From the NCBI GenBank assembly GCA_001662655.1, contig KV460209.1: a stretch of 64,000 nucleotides of DNA, one strand, 5' to 3'. Source of the stretch: Pseudogymnoascus verrucosus (taxonomy: Eukaryota). The notes under the pieces are model-generated. The model saw only the letters and a program-made list of their open reading frames with translations, was not told where the DNA came from and made no database searches. Every line of letters begins with the position of its first letter. The first letter of the stretch is position 1. Positions 45,199 to 58,906 of the stretch are shown one piece after another. The translations under genes were made by a program, and so were the position numbers.

Positions 45199-48100
45199 AT
45201 GGGAGAAAACGGAACGGACATCATGAGCTCCATCGTATTTGTTGTGTCAGCTCTGGATGCTATCGCCGCATCCAAGGAGGCGCACAAGAAGCCTCAACTC
45301 GGCGAGGCGACAAAGAAGGCTCTTGCCGATATAAAAGCTCTCGAACCTCAACTACCAGACCCGGAGGTCCTCTTCATTCCCTTGCAGCTTGCGACCCTAT
45401 CGTCGAATATTGCGCTTACGACGACTGCCCTCGACTGCATTGGGAAGCTGATTAGCTACTCATACTTTTCGCTCCCATCCACAACCCCGACAGAGAACGA
45501 TGCCGACAAGGCACCTCTAATTGAACGAGCAATCGACACAATATGCAACTGCTTCCAGGGCGAAAGCACGCCGGTGGAGGTCCAGCTACAGATTGTGAAG
45601 TCTCTCTTGGCAGCTGTGCTGAATGACAAGATTGTGGTTCATGGAGCTGGCCTCCTGAAAGCTGTGCGACAAGTTTACAATGTCTTCCTCCTGTCGAAAA
45701 ACAGCGCCAACCAACAAGTTGCCCAAGGCACATTGACGCAGATGGTCGGCACAGTCTTCGAGAGGGTCAAGACAAGGATACACATGAAAGAGGCCAGGGC
45801 AAACCTGTCAAAGCTTGGGAAAGATACTGCAAACGGCAGCTCCGTAACAGTTAATGCTTCGGAAGCCGAGAGTATAGCAGATGCAGATACGGAGAAGGTG
45901 GATGCGGATGCGGAACCAGAGACTACTCCTCCAGGGGAAGAAGGCCCCAAGCTCACACTGAAGGATCTGGAGCACAGGAAAGATTTCGACGACTCGCATA
46001 TGGGCGATGGACCTACGATGGTCACACAGCTGAAGCAAGCCAGAAAGGCCTCTCGAGCTACTTCGAATCAAACCTCGGTTGAAGATGGTTCGGATGAGAC
46101 CAACGACGACGAAATGGAGGATGAGGTCTACATTAGGGACGCATACCTCGTCTTCCGTTCATTCTGCAACCTGAGCACAAAGATTTTGCCTGCCGACCAA
46201 TTATTTGATCTGAAGAGCCAAGCGATGCGATCCAAGCTAATATCTCTTCACCTCATCCACACCCTGTTGAATAACCATGTCTTGGTGTTCACCTCGCCGC
46301 TATGCACCATCACCAATAGCAAAAACAACGAGCAGACAAGCTTTCTACAGGCGGTTAAGTTTTATCTATGCCTGAGCATTACACGGAACGGTGCCAGTTC
46401 TGCGGATCGAGCTTATGAAGTATGCTGCGAGATTTTCTGGCTGATGCTGAAATATATGCGTGCGCCATTTAAGGTATAGGTTCACCGTTGATGTTATACT
46501 TCTGTCATTTTCTAACAAGCAAACTACAGAAAGAAATAGAGGTTTTCCTCAACGAAATATACTTCGCTCTTATTGAGAGACGGAGTGCGCCCCTTAGCCA
46601 AAAGATATACTTCATGGGTATCTTGCAAAGGTTCTGCGCTGATCCAAGAGCTCTTGTGGAAACTTACCTCAATTATGACTGCGATCGAGCAGCTCTGGAC
46701 AATATGTTTCAAAGGCTTATCGAAGACCTTTCGAAGGCATCCAGCACCTCGGTCACTATTAGCCCGATCCTCCAGCAACAGTATGAGGACCGTGCCAACA
46801 AGGGGCCCATCGACTGGCAATCCAAGGGAGCAATGCCGCCGCCCCTTTCGACAATGTATATGAGTAATTACAGCGAGAATGAGTCGGAAGTGCCAAAAGA
46901 GTACATTGTAAAGCGTCAGGCCTTGGATTGTCTTGTGGAGACTCTAAGGTCATTGGTAAATTGGTCCCAACAAGGCATTGCTGATGTCACGGCACCAGCG
47001 CCTGACAGTCTGGATCCTCGAGTTTCGACAGACGATTTTAGAGCTTCGATTGATCCATCTGGAGGAGATTCAGCATCAAAATCGGGCGATGGTAACACTC
47101 CGTCCTCGGCCTCCACACCTATTCCCGAAGATGACCCAGACCAGCTAGAAAAGGTGAAGCAAAGGAAAACTGCCATGGCCAATGCCATCAAACAGTTTAA
47201 TTTCAAACCTAAACGAGGCATAAAGCTTCTACTTTCTGGGGGGTTCATTCCAAGCGAAAGCCCCGAAGATATTGCCAAGTTTCTCTTAATGGATGACAGG
47301 CTGGATAAAGCTCAAATCGGCGAGTTTCTCGGAGAAGGTGACCCAAAGAACATCGAAATCATGCACGCTTTTGTGGATGCTATGGATTTCACGAAACGCC
47401 GATTTGTAGACGCACTTCGCCAGTTCTTGCAGTCGTTCCGACTTCCCGGAGAGGCTCAGAAGATCGATCGTTTCATGCTTAAGTTTGCAAATCGCTACGT
47501 TACTGGCAACCCGAACGCCTTTGCGAATGCTGATACTGCATACGTGCTGGCATATTCCGTGATCCTGCTAAACACTGATCTTCATAGCTCCAAAGTCGCC
47601 AAACGCATGACCAAGGAAGACTTCATCAAGAACAACCGTGGAATCAACGACAACGCTAACTTACCTGACGACTACCTGAATGGCATCTATGATGAGATTC
47701 AGGGCAACGAAATCGTACTGAGAAGTGAGCAAGAAGCCGCAGCTGCTATGGGAATAGCACCTCCTCAAACTGGTGGCGGCATTGCCTCCGGCCTCGGTCA
47801 AGCTCTTGCAACTGTTGGCCGTGACCTCCAGCGCGAGGCCTACTTGCAGCAAGCTGAAGAGATCTCGATTAGATCCGAGCAGCTCTTCAAAACCCTCTTC
47901 AGAAACCAGCGACGCAATGCTGCCAATTCTGGCGCCCCAAAATTCATTCCTGCTACGTCTTTCAAGCATGTTGGACCAATGTTCGAGGTCACATGGATGT
48001 CCTTCTTTTCTGGGTTGTCTGGACAGATGCAAACTGCCCATAACTTGGAAATTATCAAGCTCTGCATGGAAGGCATGAAGCTAGCGGTCCGCATTGCCTG

Positions 48101-50768
48101 CCTATTCGACCTGGAGACCCCCCGCGAGGCATTCATATCCGCCTTAAAGAACTCAACCAACCTTAATAATTTGCCAGAAATGATGGCGAAGAACGTGGAG
48201 GCGCTGAAGGTGCTTCTGGAAATAGCCCAGACTGAAGGAAATGTCCTCAAGGAGTCGTGGAAGGACATCCTTATGTGCATCAGCCAACTTGATCGGCTAC
48301 AGCTCATCTCTGGGGGTGTCGATGAAAGGGCGATTCCAGATGTGTCGAAAGCTCGCATTGTGACAGCCCGACCAAATCCTGATGAGCCAAGAAAATCTTC
48401 CGCGAGCCAAAGACCTCGCCAGAGGCCGCGCTCCACCACACAGACTGGCTACTCCGTTGAAATCGCACTCGAAAGCCGTTCCGATGAGGTCATCAAGGGT
48501 GTTGATAGGATATTCACCAACACCGCGAATTTATCAGGAGAGGCAATCGTTCACTTTGTTAGAGCCCTGACGGAAGTCAGCTGGGAGGAAATCAAAATAT
48601 CAGGACAGAATGAATCGCCAAGAACTTACAGTCTCCAAAAGCTTGTGGAAATCAGCTACTACAACATGACCCGAGTTCGTTTTGAGTGGACAAACATTTG
48701 GCTTATTCTTGGCGAGCACTTCAACAAAGTTGGCACTCATAACAACACCGCCGTTGTATTCTTTGCCCTCGATTCTTTGCGACAACTGTCAATGCGTTTC
48801 ATGGAAATGGAGGAGCTTCCTGGTTTCAAGTTCCAGAAGGATTTCCTCAAGCCTTTCGAGCATGTCATGGCATACAGCAATGTGGTTGCCGTGAAAGACA
48901 TGGCTCTTCGTTGTCTCATTCAAATGATCCAAGCACGTGGCGAGAACATCCGTTCTGGATGGAGGACGATGTTCGCGGTTTTCACAGTGGCGGCAAGAGA
49001 GCCGTATGAGAGCATTGTTAATCTTGCATTTGACAATGTCAACCAGGTCTACAAGACCCGCTTTGGTGTTGTCATCTCACAAGCTGCCTTCCCCGATCTC
49101 GTCGTTTGTCTCACGGAATTCTCAAAGAATATGAGGTTCCAAAAGAAGGGTCTTCAAGCCATGGAAACGCTCAAGTCAATTATCCCAAAGATGCTAAAGA
49201 CACCCGAGTGCCCTCTCTCCCTAAGATCTACGGCCAATTCTGACGGCTCAATTCCGGCGAAGGATGGGCCCAAGAACGAGCCAAGCCGTGCTTCGCAAGA
49301 AGAGGCTTTCTGGTTCCCAGTCTTATTTGCTTTCCATGATGTGCTCATGACTGGAGAAGACCTCGAAATCAGATCAAACTCGCTCAACTATCTCTTCGAT
49401 TCCCTCATTAAGTATGGTGGTGACTTCCCGCCTGATTTCTGGGACATCGTTTGGAGGCAACTGTTGTACCCGATCTTCATGGTGTTGAAGTCCAAATCCG
49501 AGCTTTCAAATGTTTTAAAGCACGAAGAACTCTCTGTATGGTTATCAACAACCATGATCCAAGCGCTTCGCAGTATGATCACGTTATTTACGCACTATTT
49601 CGAAGCACTTGAATATATGCTGGATAGGTTTTTGGACCTTTTGGCACTTTGCATCTGTCAAGAGAACGACACAATTGCGAGGATTGGTAGCAACTGTCTG
49701 CAGCAACTTATACTACAGAATGTGACGAAGTTCAAGCCCGAGCACTGGGCGAAGGTGGTTGGATGCTTTGTCAACCTCTTCAAGAAGACCACCGCGTACG
49801 AGCTTTTCTCCGCTGCGACCAACCCGTCCACTCCATCCCTTTCATCGACTGGTTTCGAAAATGGACCCGTCGATGCGGATGGTGCCGACAGCCCTGAAGT
49901 TTCTTCCTTGAAGATAAACGGAGCAAATGGAGCGAACGGCTCCGTCGGTTCAGATTCAGGAAGTATGTTGGACGACGAGGGAGCAGGCCCGTCGGCGACC
50001 AACTCAGCATCGGGATTGGAAGACTACAAGCCACAGAGTGATGTTCAACAGCAGCCTATTCCGGTCACAGCAGCCCGTCGACGCTTCTTCAACCAAATTA
50101 TAACTCAATGCGTTCTGCAGCTTCTGATGATTGAAACGGTCAACGAGCTGTTTTCAAACGATGCAGTATATGCTCAAATTCCAAGCCCCGAACTTTTACG
50201 GCTGATGGGTCTTTTGAAGTCGAGTTTTCTTTTCGCAAAGAAGTTCAACAACGACAAGGATCTGCGCATGCGGTTGTGGAGAGAAGGCTTCATGAAGCAG
50301 CCACCGAACTTGCTGAAGCAGGAAAGTGGAAGCGCCTCGACTTATGTCAGTATCCTTTTGAGGATGTATCATGACGAGAGCGATGAGAGGAAGCGCAGCC
50401 GCAACGACACCGAGGCAGCGCTTGTCCCTCTGTGCGCAGACATCATCCGCAGTTATACACTGTTGGATGAAGAATCGCAGCAAAGGAACATCATCGCGTG
50501 GAGGCCTGTGGTTGTCGATGTGATTGAGGGTTATACTAACTTCCCGGAGGATGGGTTTACTAAACAAATTACTGTGTTCTACCCACTAGCTGTGGACCTC
50601 CTGAATAAGGATGTGGGTGTGGATGTCCGCCTGGCGCTACAGGGCCTTCTTAGGAGAGTAGGAGAAACAAAGCTTGGAATTCCTCCTTCGTCCAGGACGA
50701 CTTCACCAGATGGAATGCTTCGCGGGCCAAACCCGTCAAGATCAAGACGGGCTAGCCGCCGCGACTAA
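45199..50768 (+). CDS. SEC7: Arf guanine-nucleotide exchange factor Sec7/BIG; exons 45199 (or 45223)-46473, 46530-50768
   Basis: DCB domain (ALDCIGKLISY), HUS box (YLNYDCD), Sec7 domain (FRLPGEAQKIDR, LLNTDLH) and HDS domains. Confidence 0.97.
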
Positions 50769-51108
50769 AATCCCGGGATTTGCAGATGAGATGACAAGTT
50801 ACTGTGACTTGGGTCATCGTTGGTTCTGATCCTGTTTATATTGAGCTGGTTATGCGGATGGTAAAACTGCATATGGTTATGAGGAGCGGTTGTAATACTC
50901 TAAATAGATTGTATTGCTTTGTACGATACTTTATATGGTCCTGCACAAAAATGGCAATATATCAATGATTGATTATAAATGCCTATATTTTATGCCCATT
51001 TGTTCCGTGAATAGGCGTTTTATATTTTAAATTTATGATTGTCTATTTGCGCTGTGCTAATTTGCATACAAGTAGTAGAGATAATACAGTATTGAACCAT
51101 CAGCCCAA

Positions 51109-51933
51109 TCAATTATTGTTCAAAGCCTTTATAGATTCAAGTGAAGGGACCTCATTAGGGCCATAGAATTCTAGTAGCCTTGCCATGTCTTCCTCAGTCA
51201 TGGAACACAAGTCGTCCAAACTGTACGAGTCACTGACCCTTATCATCCTTCGCCACGTTAGTAATCTAAGGGAATCAGGAACAGCCGTTGACATACCAAG
51301 ACATTCGCTTTGGACCTTCCTCTGGCCGCGGTGCAATTTTCCGAAGCATCTCCCTCAGCTTTCCAACCTTTTCTATGCCTCCCCCAGCATTTGTTGGTAG
51401 GTTCGAAGCAATGGAGCGCCTCATTATATTCGCATAACGCGGCCCCTTCCCATTGGTGCTCACCATAACCTGCAGTGGGCCATCTCTGTGCGTACTTCCA
51501 AAGTAAAAATCGCACTCCAGTGGTACATCTGCAATGTTTGCCGGAATCCTCCTTTCCTTGCATAACTTCCATACCTGGGTCGAGGCTTCTGGATCGTCGA
51601 CCGCGGTCAGGACCATATCGACGTCGTCGAGGTCGGAGGGTTCGAATTTACGGTCGACATAGTCGACTTGGCCTTGCTCTATCCTGTATGCCACCTCTTT
51701 ATTGAGCCCGCTCCGCGGTGATACGACAGTAACCTTCGCATCCGCATTGAGTACGTTTAGTATTCGTCCGGCTGCAACCTACGAAACTCAGTTAGACATC
51801 GTCCATGGAAATTGGGCACAAGTGATCTTACCTCGCCGCCTCCCACCACAAGAACCCTCTTGTTCTTAATCTGCCACGCCAATAACAGCGACCCCCCTCC
51901 CTGAACCTCTGGAAACGGAGACGGCGGCGTCAT
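51109..51933 (-). CDS. MET8: Siroheme biosynthesis precorrin-2 dehydrogenase/ferrochelatase; exons 51933-51832, 51778-51297, 51247-51109
   Basis: SLLLAWQIKNKRVLVVGGGE|VAAGR, NIADVPLECDFYFG and MVSTNGKGP. Confidence 0.92.
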
Positions 51934-52130
51934 ATTCTAGTTGTGGCGAAGCTATGATTCACCAAGTGCCCCGCGAGCGAGGTATTTCGGCAGGAGCACC
52001 GATAAGCGATAAGGCACTCTTGGCGAAGCACCAACACCACCTGCCGGGGTCAGTGAGGCGGCGGGACCCTGACGGCATCACCATTCGCCCAGAGTCGAAT
52101 GTGAAGAATCGCGCTGTATCCACTCCCGCC

Positions 52131-54190
52131 ATGGCCGCGCGGAAGCTTGGAGGCGGGAGGATACTGGGGAGCGGGAAGTCGCTGGCGCCGCCGAACACGT
52201 CGTCGCATACGAGGTCGTCGAGCCTCCTCAGCATTGGGGAGAGCGTTGTCAGCGTCGACTCAAATGTGAGCACGCCGCTGGGGACGAGCCCGCTGAAGGA
52301 TGGCGGGAATGATTTGGGATCACGAGTGAGCTTGGATAGTAGGAATGATGGCAATGCGGCGAACACGGGGAGCACGAAGCTCATTTGCCCTATATGCAAT
52401 GAGGAGATGGTAAGGTTCCAGGCTCCAGGTTCTGGACACCCTACTAATGTGCCGGACAGATGACTCTTTTGCAACTCAATCGACATCTAGATGATGACCA
52501 CCGAGAGCTACCGCCGGTCGAGCAAGTGGAGGTGAAGAATTGGTTTGAGAAGCAGGTCGTTAAAGCGAAGAAGTTCCAGCCGTTGGTGGTAATAAACCAG
52601 AAGCTCAAGGGGCTTGATGTCTTCGAGTCGAACGATTCCCTTGCGGCAATGCCCATACAAACTACATCATCTTCTATCCATAGACCACAGCAATTGGTGG
52701 AACAAGTCCGGCAGTCCGACCCAGACGAGGTTGTCACGCGAACACACTGGCAGAAGAACGGATACAATGATGTGTGCACAGAGCCGTCATGCGGCAAGAG
52801 GCTGGGTCCTGTCAATGGCAACATCAACTGCAGGAAATGCGGACGCCTTTTCTGCGAAGACCATACCATGTACCAAATGAAGCTGTCGAGATCGGCACAA
52901 CACGAACCTGTCCGTGGATTCTGGTGCAGGTGCTGCGAAACATGCTACAAATCAAGAGAAGGATATAACGACCACAGCAGCCTTATCAAGAACCATACGG
53001 ACGCCTTTGCGGCACTACGGAGGCAGAAAGTAGACAAGCACCACCTTGAGATTTCAAGGTTGGAAAAGAGATTGTCGAAACTCACGCACCTACTGGCAAA
53101 TCCGCCCGAAGATTTGGTTGCAAGTGGTGGAGGTCTCTTATCAGGCTCGCGAAACGACCCACGGAAAGCTATTGAGCAATCCGTGGTTACGTGGGAAGAA
53201 GACGCAAAAGTGGCAAAATGTCCGTTCTGCCAACAAGAATTTGGCAACTGGACTTTTAGGAGGCATCACTGCAGGATATGCGGCCGCGTCGTATGTGCTG
53301 ATTCACGAACTGGATGTTCATCCGAAATTGGCTTAAACGTTAGCAGAAGTATGCATGTTCCTTTCTTGGTTGCAGGCTACTATTACCACGCGGAAGCTTA
53401 CATTGATACAGATATCCCACCAGGCAGTATAAATATAGATGTTAGGATGTGCCGAGATTGTCGAACGACGATATTCAGCAGGAAAGATTTCGAGGCCGAA
53501 TTAGTGCATAAACCTACAGTGCAAAAGTCTTACGAGAACCTGATACAGTTTGAGCGAGGTATACGACCACTGCTGGCTAGCTTCCAGAAGACGCTTCCGA
53601 TGTTACAGGATCCCGACCAACCTCCATCTCACACACAGCTGGCTGAAGCAGCTAAAGTAAGAAAGCGGTTGATCGACTCCTTTGGAAAGTACGATATGGC
53701 AGCAAAGCGCATACGGGATCTCCCAACATCGAACGAGACGGAGGCTAAGTTGCAGAAAGCAATATACCAACAAGCGTCGAATTTTCTGCACCTCCATATG
53801 CTGCCACTTAAGTCTCTTCCCAAACTACTCAAACATGCCTCACCTCATGGGTCCGGAAACCCAAGGCCAGCGCGTAACGGCGGTGGTGGCGCCCTTGCTG
53901 CGATCAAATATAACGACATCGACTCTGCGAGCCAGATGAGCAGCAGCTCCTCTGTCGTAGCTATGGAAGCGGAAGAAAAGGAGCTGCGGGAAAGGTTAAT
54001 TGTTTTAGAAGAGCAGAAGTTTATGGTTAGCGAAATGATCGCCGATGCGAATAAAAGGCGAAAATTCGACGAGGTTTCCAGCCTGTCGATGAATATGGAG
54101 GACTTGAGCAAGGAGATCGATCAGGTTACTGGTATGATTGAGCACTTGGATTTCGCCGGTGCCTATGAAAATGGACAGGTGGGGAGGTGA
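52131..54190 (+). CDS. PEP7: Vacuolar segregation protein Pep7/Vac1 (rabenosyn-like; C2H2 plus two FYVE domains); introns 52410-52459 and probably 53349-53411
   Basis: CPICNEEM|MTLLQLNRHLDDDH, NCRKCGRLFC, WEED..CPFC..RRHHCRICGRVVC and C-terminal RKFDEV. Confidence 0.92.
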
Positions 54191-54766
54191 CGGGAGGCAA
54201 ACCATGGACCAAAGGGCGTTCTCTGAGCGGCGTATTTTGTCTATTGGGTTGATATATTTGGGAGTTCGAGATTTGTTAGGGAGCGAAGACAAGAGATGAG
54301 GATGAGGGTATTGATTGGCGCACGACGATGACCGACTTATAAACATAATGTCTTTCATGGACTCTTATCGAGAAAAGAAGAGTGGTCTAGGCAAGTAGCA
54401 AACAGAAGTAACCATCAGAAAATATTATATTGATCGCAGAAGCCAAGAATAAAATAAGCACTTTAAAAGAACCGGTTCAGCTCTACAGGGTGTTGAAGCG
54501 TCCCCGCATCGTCCCCTAGTTGCATTGAAAATCCCCGCATCCCGGATTTTTAGTTCGCGCGACGTCATCGCATTGGCTGTACCAGCACTAAACAAACGCC
54601 CGCTATACTGTACTAACGAGGAGCTCTTCCCGTGTTTGCGCCGAGTTGTCTCTGCCAACAGTGGAAGTTGTCGCACTCTTCTCTTCTGTAATAATCAGGA
54701 GCAGTTCTGTGGAACTTTCTGAATCGATCAAACGTCGAATCCAGAAACGATTGTTCGCTATTCAAG

Positions 54767-56771
54767 ATGCGTTCCAGTTGGACAAGATTCTGGGACAGCG
54801 GGCATCGATCCCATATCGCGTCCGAGACCAGTCGTCGTATGCATTCCCTCTACTCCCGTGAATAAGACAGAAATCTAGTCCAATCCTCTAACAATTATCA
54901 CCAGTGCTACCAAGTTACCATGAGGAGTCGCTCGCATCGGCAATTCCAGCTGAGGAAGTCACGAAAGTCGCGCTCAGGTTGCGCTATCTGATTGAGCAAT
55001 GTGTACCTTGTGAGCTAGAGGAAGACCTCATCACAAAGGCGCACAGCCGTGTTATCACCCACAAGGTCATACAGGCAGCTAAAGAAGCGGGCGGGAGCGA
55101 GTATGGTGCCTGTGTGGTTTACGCCTTGCTAGTGAATAAGAGATGGTTTAAGAGGCAGGCAATGCTGGAGATTTGGGACGCGGAGCTACATGATGTCCGG
55201 GCAACCGCCGCGGAAGTTATCGCGAAGCAAATGTGAGTGTCAAAGGATAGGTGTATTGGGGTGTATGAGCTCTAGACTAATAGCATCGCAGTATTGAGGG
55301 TGAGGAAGATATGGAGTATCTAATGTCGGAAGTCATGTTGAAGAGATACGCCACTATCAACGACGGCAGCCAGACAGCAGTAGCCAATGTGATTGAAAAG
55401 TCCGTTGACTTACACGCCCTGAGAGTCATTGGGTCATCTGGGTACCAGAAGACAGTGAAATACCTGTGGAAAGGCTGGCTTGTGCAGGACGACAACGATG
55501 CCACCACGTTTGTCGACTACAAGCAAAAGGCGAACCCGAACTACTGGGTACATCTCAACCCCGATCGCATGCGCGCGCCAATCTATCAGAATGCTACACA
55601 AGTCATCGTCTCTCTCGTCTATCTCGGCCTCTACACCGGAGCAATTAACACGGTCAACCCAACTGGTGATCTCGATATTACTGAGGTTCTTCTCTACGTC
55701 TTCACCTTGGGCTTCCTTTGCGACGAGTTTTCCAAGTTTTGGAAAGTCGGGCGCTTCTATCTCGGTTTCTGGAACGTTTTCAATCTCATCCTCTATTCTC
55801 TTCTCACCATCTCGTTCGTAACTCGATGCATCGCTCTCTCTCATCCGATCGAAGATGACCATGATGGCCAGCGCGAACGCTTCAACGAGCTATCATATAA
55901 TTTCCTCGCCTTCTCAGCCCCTATGTTTTGGGGCCGACTACTGCTTTTCATGGATACCTTCCGCTTCTTCGGCGCTATGCTCGTCGTCCTGAAGGTCATG
56001 ATGAAGGAGTCGTTGATCTTCTTTGCCCTCTTAATTGTGGTCATTGTTGGATTTTTACAGGCCTTCATCGGCATGGACAACGTGGATAACAAGAGCGATG
56101 CGACAGTTTTCATCCTGCAGAACATGGCCAATGCTATTCTTGGCTCGCCGGACTTCAGTGGCTTCGATGCATTTGCGCCGCCATTCGGAATCATCCTCTA
56201 CTATATCTTCACATTCACGGTTATGGTCATTTTGCTGAACATCCTAATCGCGCTGTACAACTCTGCATATGAGGACATTACAGGGAACGCCTTGGACGAG
56301 TACATGGCTCTCTTTGCACAGAAGACGATGCAGTACGTGAGAGCACCTGATGAGAACGTATTTATCGCGCCCTTCAATCTTATCGAGATTTTCGGACTCA
56401 TCCTACCATTTGAGTGGTGGATATCGAAGCGTACATATATGAAGCTCAACGACTATGTCATGGCGGTAATATACGCTCCGTTACTTATTGTCGCGGCCTT
56501 CTTCGAGATGCGAAGCGCGAGGGATGTGACGAGCAACAGAAAGCGTGGAGAGGCAGACGATGATACGATCGAAGAGTGGGAGCAGCTGGATAGCAGTGAG
56601 TTGGATCTTGAAGGAGAGGGGTGGACGAAGAGCGTCGAGAGTGCGAAGAGCAATGTGGACCTTGACCAAGCTACGGTCGAGGTTAGGGAATTGAGGGAGG
56701 AGTTGGGAGAACTGAAGGAGCTCATGAAGAGCTTTCTTAAGGAGAAGCAGGGACAGAAGTCGGAATCTTGA
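54767..56771 (+). CDS. YVC1: Vacuolar TRP cation channel Yvc1/TRPY1; exons 54767-54836, 54905-55232, 55292-56771
   Basis: SGYQKTVKYLWKGW, RMRAPIYQN, multiple TM segments, ILLNILIALYNSAY and VRAPDENVFIAPFNLIE. Confidence 0.93.
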
Positions 56772-57478
56772 TTTTTGTATATGGAAGAAGGTTGGAGAAT
56801 TATAGACGGGCAGGATGATACATATTAGGAGGGATCTAATACCAAATGTGTTTTTTTTGCGTCGCGAATGGCGGTAAAGCTATGAATTTGTTGAAATTGA
56901 ATATTTGACTTCAATCCTTTAGAACCAGAGGCATGAGACAAGTTCGATAGACCAGAATACCCAGCGAGTCTTCTAGTATTGTAACAGGAATTCTATGCGG
57001 CCGTTTGTCTCATCTCTTTCATCCCAAGATTCTTCAATCCAGTCCTAGAGTGGAATAGCGTCAAGCTCCAGCCGTATTCTGGTCATGTGACAACGTGTAT
57101 AATGGCGCTAGTTGTGTCATTCCCCCACCACGTTGGGAACACGACCATTGCATGATATTCGGAAATCTCACTCAAATCAGTCGTAATAAATACTAAATCC
57201 GTCTCTCTGGCGCTATCACTTGTTCAGTCGCTATCGTTGGCAAACCACAAAGAATAAATGCCAATTGCAAACGTCGCGCGGGCAGCATACAACAAAGAGC
57301 GAGTGACAAGATCCAGCCGCGTAACTTGAACCGGTAGTCGCGCGAAGGACGCCTGGCAGGCAAACACTTCTGGCCACGAAAGACCTACGTATATCTAGGC
57401 TGACACCCACCTATGGTCCCTCTCGAAGCAGAGAGTTAGCAATACGCGCAATCAGTTGAGAAAGGTCACTAGCGAACG

Positions 57479-58906
57479 ATGATGAGCGCGCACGAACTGG
57501 CAGTCGCGGCGCTCGGTGAAGCGGTGGTCGTTGATTCGCGTCCCCGGGATGGTGCCTCATCGCCTGCAGCGCATGACATCGCGGGTGGCGTAACGCACGC
57601 AACCGCCATTAAACCCAACAGTACGAATAGCGCTCTGGCGAGCTCACAGATGTCTAATAATGCGCTCGAGAGTGTGTCGAGTTACAATTCGCAGTCTACG
57701 GTCCCGGACGCCGACACACCGCCCAGTTCAGGATTTTCGAGTCAGTCACACGACCAAGCCCATGGACCGACGCGTGTTGCTGAGATGCCACCGTTGGCGG
57801 TTGCGACGAATGCTGGGCAGAAGAGGACTATTGATGGCTACGTGAGACGGTCGTCGGGGTCAAGCTCGTCGGACAGTCCGGTGGTTAACGGCAAAGGCAG
57901 ACATACGAGAAATGTTAGCGCCGTGAGCGCCGCCTCGTCTGCTATGAGCCCGAGAGAACTCACATCTGAGTTACGAACGCGCCTCTCCTACGCAATGGTC
58001 AAGGTGAACAAGGGCTGGGAATCTCTGCCTATCTACGAAGTCGAGTCGCTCGCATCACAAAGCGGCTCACCAACACCATCAAACTCCACGATCCATGGCC
58101 GGCGAAATACTATTGCATCACCACGCGCTACCATTGCAAGCCTCCAGGGCCTCTCCGGCGCATCACCCAAGCCACATCCTAACGCTGCCGCACCAACAGA
58201 CTCCCAGGAATCCACATCCGAGGGCCAACCATCGTCACGGACCTACGAATCCTTCTGGCGTGAACAAAGCCAGCGACAAATCGGACTATCCGCCTCTCTC
58301 TCCTCCCCGTCATCATCTCAACTATCTCTCCAACCCTCCGCTGAACTATCCTCAGCCTCCCGCACCCAACCCAACTACCGCCGCTCTCCGGTGAAATCCT
58401 CAAAATACCATATGCTCAGCGCCGCGAGCTCTGACCTTAGCCAAAGCAGCCTATCGTCCGGCGGCGCAGCACCGAATACGCCTGCACAGGACACGAAGCC
58501 CCCGCATAGAGGGGACAGCGTTCTGCAGACGCCGACGCAGAAGTCGCTGCAGGAACAGGATGCGATTGAGACGCTCCTGTTCATGAGCAGCCCGGGGAAT
58601 CCTATGCTGAATAACTTCCCCGGGGCGCAGAGTCAGGGGTCGCGGATGCAGAGTCCTTTGAAAACCGAGTTTGGGGCACAAGGGACGAGCGATGGGAAGT
58701 CAGATGATAGCAGTGTGACGCCGAGAGCATATGAGACTGGGACGGCACGGTATAGAGGAAGGAGGAGAATTGGAGTTCTGGGTAGGGGGAGGCTCGGCGA
58801 GGATGAGCTGGATCGCATGCTGGATACAATGGAGAACGCGGATAGTAGCGATGACGAGATCGAGCTCCCCACCACGCCAATGCGATCGACGATAGGGCGG
58901 GTCTAG
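57479..58906 (+). CDS. Whi5/Nrm1-like G1/S transcriptional co-repressor
   Basis: Disordered SP/TP-rich protein with GTB-type motif ELRTRLSYAMVKVNKGW and EQDAIETLLFMSSP. Confidence 0.8.
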   Translation: MMSAHELAVAALGEAVVVDSRPRDGASSPAAHDIAGGVTHATAIKPNSTNSALASSQMSNNALESVSSYNSQSTVPDADTPPSSGFSSQSHDQAHGPTRVAEMPPLAVATNAGQKRTIDGYVRRSSGSSSSDSPVVNGKGRHTRNVSAVSAASSAMSPRELTSELRTRLSYAMVKVNKGWESLPIYEVESLASQSGSPTPSNSTIHGRRNTIASPRATIASLQGLSGASPKPHPNAAAPTDSQESTSEGQPSSRTYESFWREQSQRQIGLSASLSSPSSSQLSLQPSAELSSASRTQPNYRRSPVKSSKYHMLSAASSDLSQSSLSSGGAAPNTPAQDTKPPHRGDSVLQTPTQKSLQEQDAIETLLFMSSPGNPMLNNFPGAQSQGSRMQSPLKTEFGAQGTSDGKSDDSSVTPRAYETGTARYRGRRRIGVLGRGRLGEDELDRMLDTMENADSSDDEIELPTTPMRSTIGRV

